Assembly: GCA_964474135.1 (NCBI GenBank)
Contig: CAYYRV010000002.1
Coordinates: 74,473 to 138,472, forward strand
From: an uncultured Defluviitaleaceae bacterium
GTDB lineage: Bacteria > Bacillota > Clostridia > Lachnospirales > CAYYRV01
Direction: 5' to 3'
Length of the DNA stretch: 64,000 nt
In this document: piece after piece, positions 18,529 to 28,581 of the stretch
Layout of the letters: each line of letters starts with the position of its first letter
Position numbering within the stretch: position 1 is the first letter of the stretch
Made by a program: the position numbers and the translations under genes
Notes under the pieces: generated by a model
What the model saw: the letters and a program-made list of their open reading frames with translations, nothing else
What the model was told of the DNA's origin: nothing
Database searches by the model: none

Positions 18529-18984
18529 ATGTCTTTTTTTGACTCTTTAAACGTAAGTGCAAGCGGTTTGACTGCTCAAAGACTTCGCATGGACGTGATT
18601 TCTGATAATATTGCTAACGTTAATACTACCCGCAGTGGGGACGGCGGGCCTTATAAAAGAAAAACTGTATTAATTGAAGAAATAAAAAATACCAAACCTT
18701 TTTCCACGTATTTTAATAATGCAGTGGGTTCTTCTTTAGGGAACACATATATAGGAAGTGGGGTTAAAGTAAGTAAAATTGTTAAGGATGACACCCCCGG
18801 TTCTAAAGTATATGACCCAGAACACCCAGATGCAAATGAAGATGGATATGTTGTTATGCCTAATGTAAATGTAGTTACCGAAATGGTGAACATGATTTCG
18901 GCGAGCCGCTCATATGAAGCTAATATTACTGCTATAAATAACACAAAAGGCATGATGCAAAAAACGTTAGAGATTAATAAATAA
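18529..18984 (+). CDS. flgC: Flagellar basal-body rod protein FlgC
   Basis: SGLTAQRLRMDVISDNIANVNTTR and C-terminal SRSYEANI. Confidence 0.95.
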   Translation: MSFFDSLNVSASGLTAQRLRMDVISDNIANVNTTRSGDGGPYKRKTVLIEEIKNTKPFSTYFNNAVGSSLGNTYIGSGVKVSKIVKDDTPGSKVYDPEHPDANEDGYVVMPNVNVVTEMVNMISASRSYEANITAINNTKGMMQKTLEINK

Positions 18985-19040
18985 ATATAAAAGCAACCTT
19001 GAAATCGCATAGAAAAAATTTCGGAGGAGAGCAAGTTATA

Positions 19041-19355
19041 ATGAAAATAGTAAATGATATTAACCAACTTAATCAAATATCATTAAACTTTGATAATAAT
19101 ACTAAAAATGTTGATAAGAATAAAACCAGCCCTTTTGATGACATTTATAAGGCTGCTTTGAATATTTTTAATGAGACTAACGATTTACAGAAACAGGCAG
19201 ATGCTGCCCAATTGGATTTTATTACAGGTAAAAACGACAATATGCTAACACCTATATTGGCACAAAGAAAAGCATATACATCACTTAACTTTACAGTGCA
19301 GGTTACCAATAAGGCTATTGAAGCTTATAGGGAAATCATGAGAATACAGCTATAA
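19041..19355 (+). CDS. fliE: Flagellar hook-basal body complex protein FliE
   Basis: Size, position and C-terminal pattern fit FliE. Start moved from TTG 18999 to ATG 19041, downstream of a GGAGGAG SD. Confidence 0.85.
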   Translation: MKIVNDINQLNQISLNFDNNTKNVDKNKTSPFDDIYKAALNIFNETNDLQKQADAAQLDFITGKNDNMLTPILAQRKAYTSLNFTVQVTNKAIEAYREIMRIQL

Positions 19356-19438
19356 TTTTAAATTTAGACTTCGTTGTCTTCTCACTTAATCATTGAAGTC
19401 TGAATTATCTTGATTAAGCACTGAAAAGAGGTGAGCAA

Positions 19439-21058
19439 ATGCAGGAAAAAGTGAAAAATTATTTTAATCAACTTATTGATAGATTTAAAGAATTAGAAAA
19501 AGGTCAAAAAACACGTTTAATAGTTACAACTGTGCTTTTGCTGATTGTTCTGGGTACGGCAATATATTTTTCAACAAGACCGAGAATGTCAGTATTAATA
19601 TCTAACCTTGATTTTGCGAGTGCCGGAGAAATTCAAAATGCACTTAATGACTCTGGTATTACAAATAGGACGGCAAGAAACGGTACGGCTATTGAGGTTC
19701 TTGAGGCAGATGCTTCTAGGGCACAGATTGTTTTAGCTGAAAAAAATATTCCTAATAAAGGAGTATTTACTTATGAAGATGCTTTGAAATTTAGTGGTAT
19801 GGGTACTACTGAATCAGTGAAAAAAGAAAATTTTAAAATGGTAAAACAAAGCAGTCTTTCCGAAAACTTAGGTCTTTTTGAGGGGGTTGAAAGTGCTCGT
19901 GTTACTTTAGTAATACCTGATACAACTAATTACTTTATAAAGTCGGAGGAAAAATCTTCTGCAACTGCAGTTCTTAAGCTTAGTAAACCTTTGGATAAAA
20001 GCCAAGCTTCAGCAATAGCTCGTTATCTTGCCAGAAGTGTTGAAGGGCTTACTGTTGACAAAGTTGAAATTATCGACACAGAAGGAAATTCTCTTTATTC
20101 TGGATTGCAACAATCACTGGGGGGGACTTCAACATCTGAATATGATTTAGAGTTAGTTAGAAAAAATGAACTAGAAAATAAAGTAAGGTCTGCACTAGCT
20201 CCTTTATACAACGATGTTAAAATTGTATCGAACCTTGTTATAAACTGGGATAAGGAACAGCAAAGAGACAAAACTTTTACTCCTACAGTTGAGGATAGCC
20301 CTACAGGCTTGATAGATAAACAAGTAGTAGAAAAACAAACTATTACCAACTCTACACAGGCGCAGGAGCCGGGGGTAAACAATAATAACAACACAACGCC
20401 TAACTATCAAATGGATAACGGTACTACAGGAAATGCAACAGTAAATAACACAAATACAGACTATTTACAAAATGAGCGTGAAGTAGTTACAGAAAAAGGC
20501 GTAGGAAGTGTTGTTGCTGACCAATCTTCAGTAAGTATATATGTATATAAATATAGACCTTATTATCAAAAATATATGGAAGACAACAACCTTTTGAATG
20601 GGCAAAGATGGGAAGATTTTAGAGATGCACAAAATGCCACAGTTATTCAGGTTGAACAGGCAATCATTGATGGGCTAAGAACAGGAACAGGAATACAAAA
20701 CCTTACAGTTGTGGGCTATGAAGTTCCAGTATTTTATGATTATACACCTGACCCAATTAAAATTGAGCAGATTGTTATGTTTGTAATTCTTGCACTTCTT
20801 ATTGTATTACTTGCATACGGTCTTATTAAGAAAACTCAGCCAGATGAAATTACAGAAATTGAGCCTGAGCTTTCAGTTGAAGACTTGCTTGTAAGTACAC
20901 AGATTGAAGAGCAAAAAGAAGCAGGGTCAGAAGAAGGGCTTGATATTGATTTTGCTAAGGAATCTGAAATCAAAAGGCAAATTGAGAAATTTATTAACGA
21001 AAAACCTGAAGCTGTTGCACAATTGTTGCGTAATTGGCTAAGTGATGATTGGGAGTGA
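19439..21058 (+). CDS. fliF: Flagellar M-ring protein FliF
   Basis: 539 aa with N- and C-terminal TM segments. Conserved position. Confidence 0.9.
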   Translation: MQEKVKNYFNQLIDRFKELEKGQKTRLIVTTVLLLIVLGTAIYFSTRPRMSVLISNLDFASAGEIQNALNDSGITNRTARNGTAIEVLEADASRAQIVLAEKNIPNKGVFTYEDALKFSGMGTTESVKKENFKMVKQSSLSENLGLFEGVESARVTLVIPDTTNYFIKSEEKSSATAVLKLSKPLDKSQASAIARYLARSVEGLTVDKVEIIDTEGNSLYSGLQQSLGGTSTSEYDLELVRKNELENKVRSALAPLYNDVKIVSNLVINWDKEQQRDKTFTPTVEDSPTGLIDKQVVEKQTITNSTQAQEPGVNNNNNTTPNYQMDNGTTGNATVNNTNTDYLQNEREVVTEKGVGSVVADQSSVSIYVYKYRPYYQKYMEDNNLLNGQRWEDFRDAQNATVIQVEQAIIDGLRTGTGIQNLTVVGYEVPVFYDYTPDPIKIEQIVMFVILALLIVLLAYGLIKKTQPDEITEIEPELSVEDLLVSTQIEEQKEAGSEEGLDIDFAKESEIKRQIEKFINEKPEAVAQLLRNWLSDDWE

Positions 21059-21064
21059 TAAGAG

Positions 21065-22078
21065 ATGGCAACAACAACAGAGTTAACAAGCCGTGAGAAG
21101 GCAGCCATATTATTAATTACATTAGGTCCTGAAAAATCAGCTCAAATATTTAAGCATTTAAAAGAAGAAGAAATTGAGGCAGTAACCCTTGAAATAGCCA
21201 ATATAAGTACAGTTATGCCAGAAACAAAAGAAAAAGTGCTTGAAGAGTTTTATCAAATTTGTTTGGCACAACAATATATTACCGAGGGTGGTATAGCTTA
21301 TGCTAAACAAATTCTTGAAAAAGCACTTGGAGAGTCTAAGGCTTATGAAGTTATTAGCAAACTAACAGTTTCTTTGCAGGTTAGACCTTTTGACTTTATT
21401 AGAAAAACTGATGCAAGCCAAATTCTTAACTTTATTCAAAATGAACATCCTCAAACAATTGCACTTATTTTATCGTATTTAAGACCAAAGCAGGCAGCAG
21501 AAGTTTTGTCGGCTCTTGTTCCCGAAAAGCAAGCTGATGTTACAAGAAGAATTGCAACAATGGATAGAACATCACCTGATGTTATTAAGGAAGTGGAAAG
21601 GGCATTGGAGAAGAAATTATCAGCACTTATGACAGAAGATTATACAGATATTGGTGGTGTAGATTCTGTTGTTGAAATATTGAATGCAGTTGACAGAAGT
21701 ACAGAAAAACATATTATGGAGACTCTTGAAGTTGAAGATGTTGAGCTTTCTGAGGAAATCAAGAAGAAAATGTTTGTATTCGAAGATATTCTTATGCTTG
21801 ACAGCCGTTCTGTGCAAATTGTTCTTCGTCAAGATATTGATAATAAAATGCTTGCAGTTGCACTTAAAGGTTCAAGCGAGGAAGTTCAAAACCTTATTTT
21901 CAATAACGTTTCAAAACGTCTTGCTGCAATGATACAAGAGGATATTGAGTATATGGGGCCTGTTCGTAGGTCTGATGTTGAGGAAGCACAGCAAAAAATT
22001 GTTAATATAATCCGTAGGCTTCAAGAATCCGGAGAAATCGTTATTGCTAGGGGCGGAGGAGATGAGATAATTGTCTAG
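21065..22078 (+). CDS. fliG: Flagellar motor switch protein FliG
   Basis: FEDILMLDSRSVQIVLR and the C-terminal torque-helix region. Confidence 0.95.
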   Translation: MATTTELTSREKAAILLITLGPEKSAQIFKHLKEEEIEAVTLEIANISTVMPETKEKVLEEFYQICLAQQYITEGGIAYAKQILEKALGESKAYEVISKLTVSLQVRPFDFIRKTDASQILNFIQNEHPQTIALILSYLRPKQAAEVLSALVPEKQADVTRRIATMDRTSPDVIKEVERALEKKLSALMTEDYTDIGGVDSVVEILNAVDRSTEKHIMETLEVEDVELSEEIKKKMFVFEDILMLDSRSVQIVLRQDIDNKMLAVALKGSSEEVQNLIFNNVSKRLAAMIQEDIEYMGPVRRSDVEEAQQKIVNIIRRLQESGEIVIARGGGDEIIV

Positions 22079-22817
22079 GATTCTCAAATCTTCTCTTGTA
22101 AAGGTTGATGAAGAAAATAAGGTTAGCATTAAAGTTTTAAGTAAACCTAAAAAGGATTCTCTTGAACCGCCAAAAGATTTATCTAAAAAAAGTTCGCCTT
22201 CACCTGATGATATTATAAATGAAGCAAAAAAAAGTGCAGATTTAATTTTACAAAATGCACAAAGAAGAGCTAGTATAATTTTAGACGAAGCAAGAGAACT
22301 GTCTGAAAAATTAGCCTTAGAGGCAGAGCAGGAAAGCCGCCAAATAGGATATGACGAGGGTTATCAACAAGGTGTTGAGGAGTCTATGCATTTAAAAAAT
22401 GAGGCTAAAAAAACTCTTGAAGATGCTAAAAGAGAAAAAGAAGAAATATTAAACTCAATTGAGTTTGAAGTTTTGGAATTGATTATTAATATCGTTAATA
22501 AGCTACTTACGAATACAGTATATGTGAACCCAAAGACTATATTGGTTTTAATAAGAAAGGGGCTTAGTTCTGCAACATTTTCGGGTGATGTTATTGTCAG
22601 AGTATCCGAGGAAGATTGGGAGCTGGTTTCTGATAGCAAAGATGAACTTCTTCAATTCGTTGATGCCTCATCAAATTTTGAAATAATAAAAGATTTATCT
22701 TTAAATAAAAATGACTGTATTATAGAAACGCCATATGGAAGTATAGATTGTAGTTTAAACCAACAATACGACTCAATGATAGATAATTTGTATCAAATTT
22801 ACAATTCAGGTGATTAA
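22071..22817 (+). CDS. fliH: Flagellar assembly protein FliH
   Basis: Position between fliG and fliI. Charged coiled-coil region GYDEGYQQG. Non-ATG start overlaps the fliG end. Confidence 0.75.
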   Translation: MSRILKSSLVKVDEENKVSIKVLSKPKKDSLEPPKDLSKKSSPSPDDIINEAKKSADLILQNAQRRASIILDEARELSEKLALEAEQESRQIGYDEGYQQGVEESMHLKNEAKKTLEDAKREKEEILNSIEFEVLELIINIVNKLLTNTVYVNPKTILVLIRKGLSSATFSGDVIVRVSEEDWELVSDSKDELLQFVDASSNFEIIKDLSLNKNDCIIETPYGSIDCSLNQQYDSMIDNLYQIYNSGD

Positions 22818-24129
22818 TGTGAAAACGATTGATATTTCCAAATATAGTGCTGTTATTAAAGAGGAATACATTAAAAAGCTTGGCAGAGTTTCACAAGTTG
22901 TTGGTTTGACAATTGAATCTATAGGGCCTGATGTTAGTATTGGAGGCTCTTGTATAATTAAAGAGGGCAAATATGGAAAGCCTGTTTTAGCAGAAGCTGT
23001 AGGGTTTAAAAATGGCAATATTTTATTAATGCCTTTAGGAGATATTAAAGGTATCAGCCCTGGAAGTATAGTTGAGGCTTCTGGTAAGCCTATGACTGTT
23101 AAAGTTTCCAAAAGTCTTCTAGGCAGAGTTTTAAATGGGCTGGGTGAACCTATGGACGAAAAGGGGCAAATTACAGATTTTACTGAATATAGCATTTCCA
23201 ACTCCCCCCCTGACCCTCTTTTGAGAAGAAGAATTAGTGAGCCTATTACATTAGGTGTAAAAGCTTTAGATGGTTTGCTGAGTATTGGAAAAGGGCAAAG
23301 GGTTGGTATATTTGCTGGAAGTGGTGTTGGTAAAAGTACCCTTATGGGTATGATTGCAAGAAATACAAACGCCGAAGTTAATGTTATAGCACTAATAGGT
23401 GAACGTGGTAGGGAAGTTCGTGAGTTTATAGAAAAAGATTTAGGCGAAGAAGGACTCAAACGTTCGGTTTTAGTAGTAGCTACTTCCGACCAGCCAGCAT
23501 TAATTCGCTTGAAGGCGGCAGAAGTTGCAACAGCTATAGCAGAGTTTTTTAGAAGCGAAGGAAAAGACGTTATTCTTCTTATGGATTCTCTTACACGTTA
23601 TGCTATGGCACAAAGAGAAATCGGTCTTGCAACGGGAGAACCTCCTGTTTCAAGGGGATATACTCCGTCTGTTTTTTCAATAATGCCTAAGCTTTTAGAA
23701 AGAGCAGGGACTTCAGAAAGAGGCTCTATAACCGGATTATATACGGTTCTTGTAGACGGTGATGATTTGAGTGAACCTGTAACGGATACTGCAAGGGGTA
23801 TTCTTGATGGTCATATTGTATTATCACGTAAAATAGCTAATAAAAATCATTATCCAGCAATAGATGTTTTAGCAAGTGTGTCCCGTGTAATGAGTGACAT
23901 TGTTACAAAGGAGCATAAAACACTTGCAAATGAAATAAAGAAGAACATGGCAGTTTATGCTGATGCAGAGGATTTAATAAACATTGGTGCATACGTAAAA
24001 GGTAATAACGAAGATATTGATTATGCTGTTGAAAAACGCAAGCCGATTGTGGATTTTCTTACGCAGTCAGTAGATGAGAAGTTTCAGTTTGATGAAACTT
24101 TAAATATTATGAGAAGTATTGTGGGATAA
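22810..24129 (+). CDS. fliI: Flagellum-specific ATPase FliI
   Basis: Walker A GSGVGKST, F1/T3SS ATPase core. Confidence 0.95.
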   Translation: MINVKTIDISKYSAVIKEEYIKKLGRVSQVVGLTIESIGPDVSIGGSCIIKEGKYGKPVLAEAVGFKNGNILLMPLGDIKGISPGSIVEASGKPMTVKVSKSLLGRVLNGLGEPMDEKGQITDFTEYSISNSPPDPLLRRRISEPITLGVKALDGLLSIGKGQRVGIFAGSGVGKSTLMGMIARNTNAEVNVIALIGERGREVREFIEKDLGEEGLKRSVLVVATSDQPALIRLKAAEVATAIAEFFRSEGKDVILLMDSLTRYAMAQREIGLATGEPPVSRGYTPSVFSIMPKLLERAGTSERGSITGLYTVLVDGDDLSEPVTDTARGILDGHIVLSRKIANKNHYPAIDVLASVSRVMSDIVTKEHKTLANEIKKNMAVYADAEDLINIGAYVKGNNEDIDYAVEKRKPIVDFLTQSVDEKFQFDETLNIMRSIVG

Positions 24130-24177
24130 TCTTTTTTTACCGATAAAGAATTATAAGCCAAAAAGAAGGTAGATATT

Positions 24178-24624
24178 TTGGCAAAATTTATATTTAGATT
24201 GCAAAGCTTTTTAAGCTTAAAAGAAAAAATAGAAGACCAAAAAAAGCAAATTTATGCTTTAGCACTTTCTCAACTAGAAAAGGAAAAGCAAGTTAAAGTT
24301 GTATTGCTTAAAGAAAAAAATAATAATATTAATGCTTTTAGAGAAAAAGCAGCTAAAAAAATAAATCCTAGAGAATTTGTTATTTATAACAATTATATTG
24401 ACTTGTTAAAGAAAAAAATCATTCATCAAGAAAAAGTAATTGCTTTAGCAGAACAAAATGCTGAAGATAAACGATTAGAGCTTGTACAATCTGTAAAGGA
24501 AAGAAAAATGCTTGAAACTTTAAAAGAAAAAGAGCATACAGAATTTTTAAAGGAACAACAGATTGTGGAGCAAAAAATTGTTGATGAAATAGTTAGCTAT
24601 CGATTCAATAATCGAGAGGCTTAA
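24178..24624 (+). CDS. fliJ: Flagellar export chaperone FliJ
   Basis: 148-aa coiled-coil protein directly after fliI. Confidence 0.75.
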   Translation: MAKFIFRLQSFLSLKEKIEDQKKQIYALALSQLEKEKQVKVVLLKEKNNNINAFREKAAKKINPREFVIYNNYIDLLKKKIIHQEKVIALAEQNAEDKRLELVQSVKERKMLETLKEKEHTEFLKEQQIVEQKIVDEIVSYRFNNREA

Positions 24625-24654
24625 CATAAAGCTCTAAAATGGAGGCTGTGATAA

Positions 24655-25395
24655 ATGGCTGCAAAAACGCAAAGTAGTGCAGAGGGGGCACCAAAAGAAG
24701 CCCCAAGAAAACCACCAAAAGCTAATATGGGGGTTATTATACCTATAATTATCGGTGTTATTGCAGTTACTTTTTTAGTAGCTGTTATTGGCTTCAATGC
24801 TTTTGATTTAAGAAATAAGTATTTAGGCGGTTTACTAAGTAATATACCAATTGTAAATAACTTAGTAGAGATTGATGAGACTTCTTCGTCTCCAAATGCA
24901 AAGTTATCTAGCAATGAATTGCAGGCTAAAATTGCCCAGCTTGAGACCCAATTGAAGCAGTCTGAGGAAGACAATAAAGAACTAAGAGATAAAAATATTC
25001 TTTATCTTGATGAACTTACAAGATTGCAAGGAATAGAGGCACAACAAGAAGATTTTAAAAATCAAAAGGCTGAGTTTGATAGACTTATTGCAGAAAACGA
25101 CCCTAATGCATTTGCTAAGTTTTATAAAGATATGAACCCAGAAAATGCAGAATTGCTATACAAAGAAGCAGTAGTAAGCGTACAACAGTCAAAGGACTTT
25201 AAAAAATATGTTTCTACTGTTGAGGCTATGAATGCACAAGAAGCAGCTACTATGCTTGAACAATTAATAAAAACAGATATGAAATTAGTAGTTTCTGTGC
25301 TTTCGAGTATAAATAATGAACAAAGTGGTGCAATTTTAGCGAGTATGGAAGCTAAAAATGCGGCTAGTGTATATAAACAAATGGCACCGCAATAA
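24655..25395 (+). CDS. MotE/YlxF-like flagellar protein (TM anchor, coiled coil, MgtE-N-like C-terminus)
   Basis: Occupies the position of ylxF in the Bacillus fla/che order. Single TM helix plus coiled coil. Confidence 0.6.
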   Translation: MAAKTQSSAEGAPKEAPRKPPKANMGVIIPIIIGVIAVTFLVAVIGFNAFDLRNKYLGGLLSNIPIVNNLVEIDETSSSPNAKLSSNELQAKIAQLETQLKQSEEDNKELRDKNILYLDELTRLQGIEAQQEDFKNQKAEFDRLIAENDPNAFAKFYKDMNPENAELLYKEAVVSVQQSKDFKKYVSTVEAMNAQEAATMLEQLIKTDMKLVVSVLSSINNEQSGAILASMEAKNAASVYKQMAPQ

Positions 25396-25544
25396 TAAAT
25401 TAGATATTAACATATTTTAACACTATGAAAATGTTAATAAGTTTTAATAAATTTGTAACAATACTTATTAAGCCTTTTAAGCTATAATAATAGCTTGAAA
25501 TAAAACTTTACTATAATTAATATTATAGAAAGGAGGTGAAAGAG

Positions 25545-26969
25545 ATGGATATTAAACAACTTTTTTTAAACAGGTTAAGTTTAAATGCTGTAAATTCAGT
25601 AGCTTCTAGTTTTACTAATGATACAAAAACAGAAAATAAAAATACTTTTGATAATTTATTAAATAACAAGGTTGAAAATAACAAAAAAAATAACGGATAT
25701 TCGAATACTACTAAAGATTCTCAAGCAAAATCACAACCTAATCAAAAGGTTAGCAAAACCAATACTAACAACCAATCTGTCAACACTAAACAAAATGAAA
25801 ACATTCAACCAACAGCTGTAAAAGAAACATCAAAAGAAAATGCAAATGTATCACAGGAAACTGCTACTGACTCCAAAGATTTATTAAAAGAGGTTGAGGA
25901 TGCCAATTCTAAAATAATAAAAAAATTATCTGAACAAATGGGCATATCAGAAGAAGAGATAGCACAAATTCTTCTAACACTTAATATGCAACCTTTAGAG
26001 TTATCTGATAAAGGAAACTTAAATACTTTTTTGCAAGCTGTATTTGAAGTTGAATCACCAGTTGAGCTTTTAAATGTGCCAGATATTGCACAAACAATTC
26101 AGTCCGTTGATAATATGCTTGTTGAATTTGAAGAGGTTGCAAAGATTTTTAATGAGCAAGAATTTCAAACAGAGGCTTCACAGCCTGTTTTAATTTCAGC
26201 ACAAAACAGTGAGGCAAAAATTGATAATGAACCAGTTTTATTATCAAGTGACAGCAAAGTACAACAACAACAAGTATCTGTAACTAATGAAGAACCTGTT
26301 ATTTTAGAACATACAGAAGTGGTTGAAGATAACGTACAGCCTGTTGAAGCACAAACACAGCAAAATTCAACGCCAAAAGAAATGTTTAATCAGCAGTCAG
26401 GAAATGAAAATAAACAAGACACTGCTGCAACTGTACAGAATACAGACTTTATTAATGTAGCATCAGACAAAGCGACTGTACAAAATACTCAATTTACACA
26501 AACAGTTGCAAAAGCACAAGCAACAAGCAACATTAACACTCAAGATGTTGTAAATCAGTTAGTTGACAGAATGAAGGTTGATGTAAGAGGTAACTTATCA
26601 GAAGTAAGAATTACATTAAGACCTGAACATTTAGGAGATGTTTCATTAAAAATTACTACTGAAAACGGCATTATAACTGCTCAATTTGTTGCAGAAAATG
26701 AAAGAGTTAAGCAAATTATTGAGTCTAACTTTAATCAGTTAAAAAGCACTTTAGAGGAGCAAGGAATACAAGTTTCTCAATTGTCAGTTTCTGTTGGGCA
26801 AGACCAGCAAGATGAAAGAATGAAACAGTTTTTAGCTGAACAACAAAAATCTGCAAGCCGTATTAGTAGAATTATTAAAAATGAAACTACTGCCGAAGAT
26901 TTACAAGAAATACAAGAACCTATTAATACAACTGAAATTTTAAACAATAGTGTAGATTATACTGCATAA
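25545..26969 (+). CDS. fliK: Flagellar hook-length control protein FliK
   Basis: C-terminal FliK domain (LRPEHLGDVSLKI...QGIQVSQLSV). Start moved from GTG 25536 to ATG 25545, 8 nt after an AGGAGG SD. Confidence 0.8.
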   Translation: MDIKQLFLNRLSLNAVNSVASSFTNDTKTENKNTFDNLLNNKVENNKKNNGYSNTTKDSQAKSQPNQKVSKTNTNNQSVNTKQNENIQPTAVKETSKENANVSQETATDSKDLLKEVEDANSKIIKKLSEQMGISEEEIAQILLTLNMQPLELSDKGNLNTFLQAVFEVESPVELLNVPDIAQTIQSVDNMLVEFEEVAKIFNEQEFQTEASQPVLISAQNSEAKIDNEPVLLSSDSKVQQQQVSVTNEEPVILEHTEVVEDNVQPVEAQTQQNSTPKEMFNQQSGNENKQDTAATVQNTDFINVASDKATVQNTQFTQTVAKAQATSNINTQDVVNQLVDRMKVDVRGNLSEVRITLRPEHLGDVSLKITTENGIITAQFVAENERVKQIIESNFNQLKSTLEEQGIQVSQLSVSVGQDQQDERMKQFLAEQQKSASRISRIIKNETTAEDLQEIQEPINTTEILNNSVDYTA

Positions 26970-26997
26970 TTATTGTAATATAAAGGAGGTGCAAAAT

Positions 26998-28047
26998 ATG
27001 GCTGGTACTACTGTAAATAACGACGAACCGATATGGCTAGGATATGATGTTGATAATGTTGATGGCTCAAGAAAAAACCCTGTTAATAGCTTAACAAGAA
27101 AACCTAGCAATGAACTTGATAAAGATGCATTTTTGAAACTGCTTCTTACTCAAATGCAATATCAGGACCCGTTAAATCCTACAGATGACAAGCAATTTAT
27201 TGCACAGATGGCTCAATTTACTTCATTGGAACAAATGCAGAATGTAAATAAGTCAGTTGTTCAAATTCAGGCATATTCTATGATGGGTAAATATGTTGAG
27301 GGAAGTATTATCAATGAAGAAGCAAATACTAAAACAATGGTTGATGGTGTAGTTTCAGCTGTCAGAATGCAAAATGGCGAAGCTATGTTGCTTGTATCTA
27401 TACCAGGAAAAGATGAACCTGTAGAACTTCCACTAAATAGGGTAGAAAATGTTTACTCTGATAACTTTATCGGAAGTATAAACAACTTAAATTCAAATAT
27501 TATTACTCAACAGAACTTGGCTCTTATGGGCAAATTTGTTCAAGCCGTTATTCCAGATAAAGATGGCAAACCGATTAAGTTTATTGAAGGCAAAGTTGAT
27601 AATATTAAATTTGATGATAGAAATAATCCTATTTTAGTAGTGGGCAATGAAGAAATTTATGCAAAACATGTTCTTTCTATTGGTGAAAAAATGAGACTTA
27701 TAGGAGAAAAAATTCACTATGATGCTGAAGTAGATGGCGAAACTAAAGCTGTAGAAGGAACAATATCAAATATATACTTTAAAGATTTAAACATTAAAGG
27801 TGAAGAACCGAAAATAATGATGACTGTTTCTGGAAAAGATTTTGAAATTAAAAACATCGGTGTATTTACAGATTCATTAAAATATGTTGGTCAAAACGTA
27901 AATTATGACAGTATTTCTGGTAAAGTAGTTGGAATAAAAGTTAAAAACGGCTTACCGTATATGATGGTGAACACAGCAGCCGAAGGAGAAGACCCAAATA
28001 TAAAAGATTTATCATATATAGGGTATAAAGGCATTACACTCTCTTAG
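26998..28047 (+). CDS. flgD: Flagellar hook assembly (capping) protein FlgD, long form
   Basis: DKDAFLKLLLTQMQYQDPLNP...FTSLEQ signature. Start set at ATG 26998, after an AGGAGG SD. Confidence 0.85.
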   Translation: MAGTTVNNDEPIWLGYDVDNVDGSRKNPVNSLTRKPSNELDKDAFLKLLLTQMQYQDPLNPTDDKQFIAQMAQFTSLEQMQNVNKSVVQIQAYSMMGKYVEGSIINEEANTKTMVDGVVSAVRMQNGEAMLLVSIPGKDEPVELPLNRVENVYSDNFIGSINNLNSNIITQQNLALMGKFVQAVIPDKDGKPIKFIEGKVDNIKFDDRNNPILVVGNEEIYAKHVLSIGEKMRLIGEKIHYDAEVDGETKAVEGTISNIYFKDLNIKGEEPKIMMTVSGKDFEIKNIGVFTDSLKYVGQNVNYDSISGKVVGIKVKNGLPYMMVNTAAEGEDPNIKDLSYIGYKGITLS

Positions 28048-28068
28048 AAAAATTGGTGGTGAATAACT

Positions 28069-28455
28069 GTGAGAGTTTTTCATAACAACGTAATAGTACC
28101 TGAAAGTCAGCAACTGCAAAAACAAAATAACAGCGGTCAAACAGCATCAAAAGAGAACTCTCAGGTTAATTTTAATAATATTCTTAGTAATAAAATCAGT
28201 GAACAAAAGCCCTTGTTTTTTTCTAAACATGCCAGTATGAGGCTTAGTGCAAGGGATATTACTTTGTCACCCGACCAATTAAGAAGAGTTGAAAGCGGTG
28301 TCGACAAAGCTTTGGAAAAAGGTATTAATGATTCTTTAGTTCTTGTTGATAACGTTGCTTTAGTTGTTAATGTAAAAAGTAAAACTGTAATAACAGCAAT
28401 GAATAAGGAAAATGATAATATTTTTACTAATATTGATGGGGCTGTAATTGTTTAA
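28069..28455 (+). CDS. Small flagellar operon protein of the kind found between flgD and flgE in Firmicutes (TIGR02530-like)
   Basis: FSKHASMRLSARDI motif and gene position. Confidence 0.55.
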   Translation: MRVFHNNVIVPESQQLQKQNNSGQTASKENSQVNFNNILSNKISEQKPLFFSKHASMRLSARDITLSPDQLRRVESGVDKALEKGINDSLVLVDNVALVVNVKSKTVITAMNKENDNIFTNIDGAVIV

Positions 28456-28581
28456 AAGCCGGACCTTCTTGGAAGCTTTTCTATTTCTGAACGACTGAAG
28501 AAATAGATTTACAGCCTGTCAATTATCAAATGCAATTTATTTTTATTTTGCATAACTTAACTTAAAAGGGGGTCATCAATT

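Noticed and set aside
22806-23459. Long antisense ORFs in the track (for example 22806-23459 inside fliI, 9064-9540, 16083-16460, 18651-19076, 29169-29630, 43332-45659 series, 48930-49217, 56235-56582)
   Set aside because: Each is embedded opposite a strongly conserved, motif-bearing gene. They have low-complexity or biased composition and no SD, and are typical shadow ORFs.
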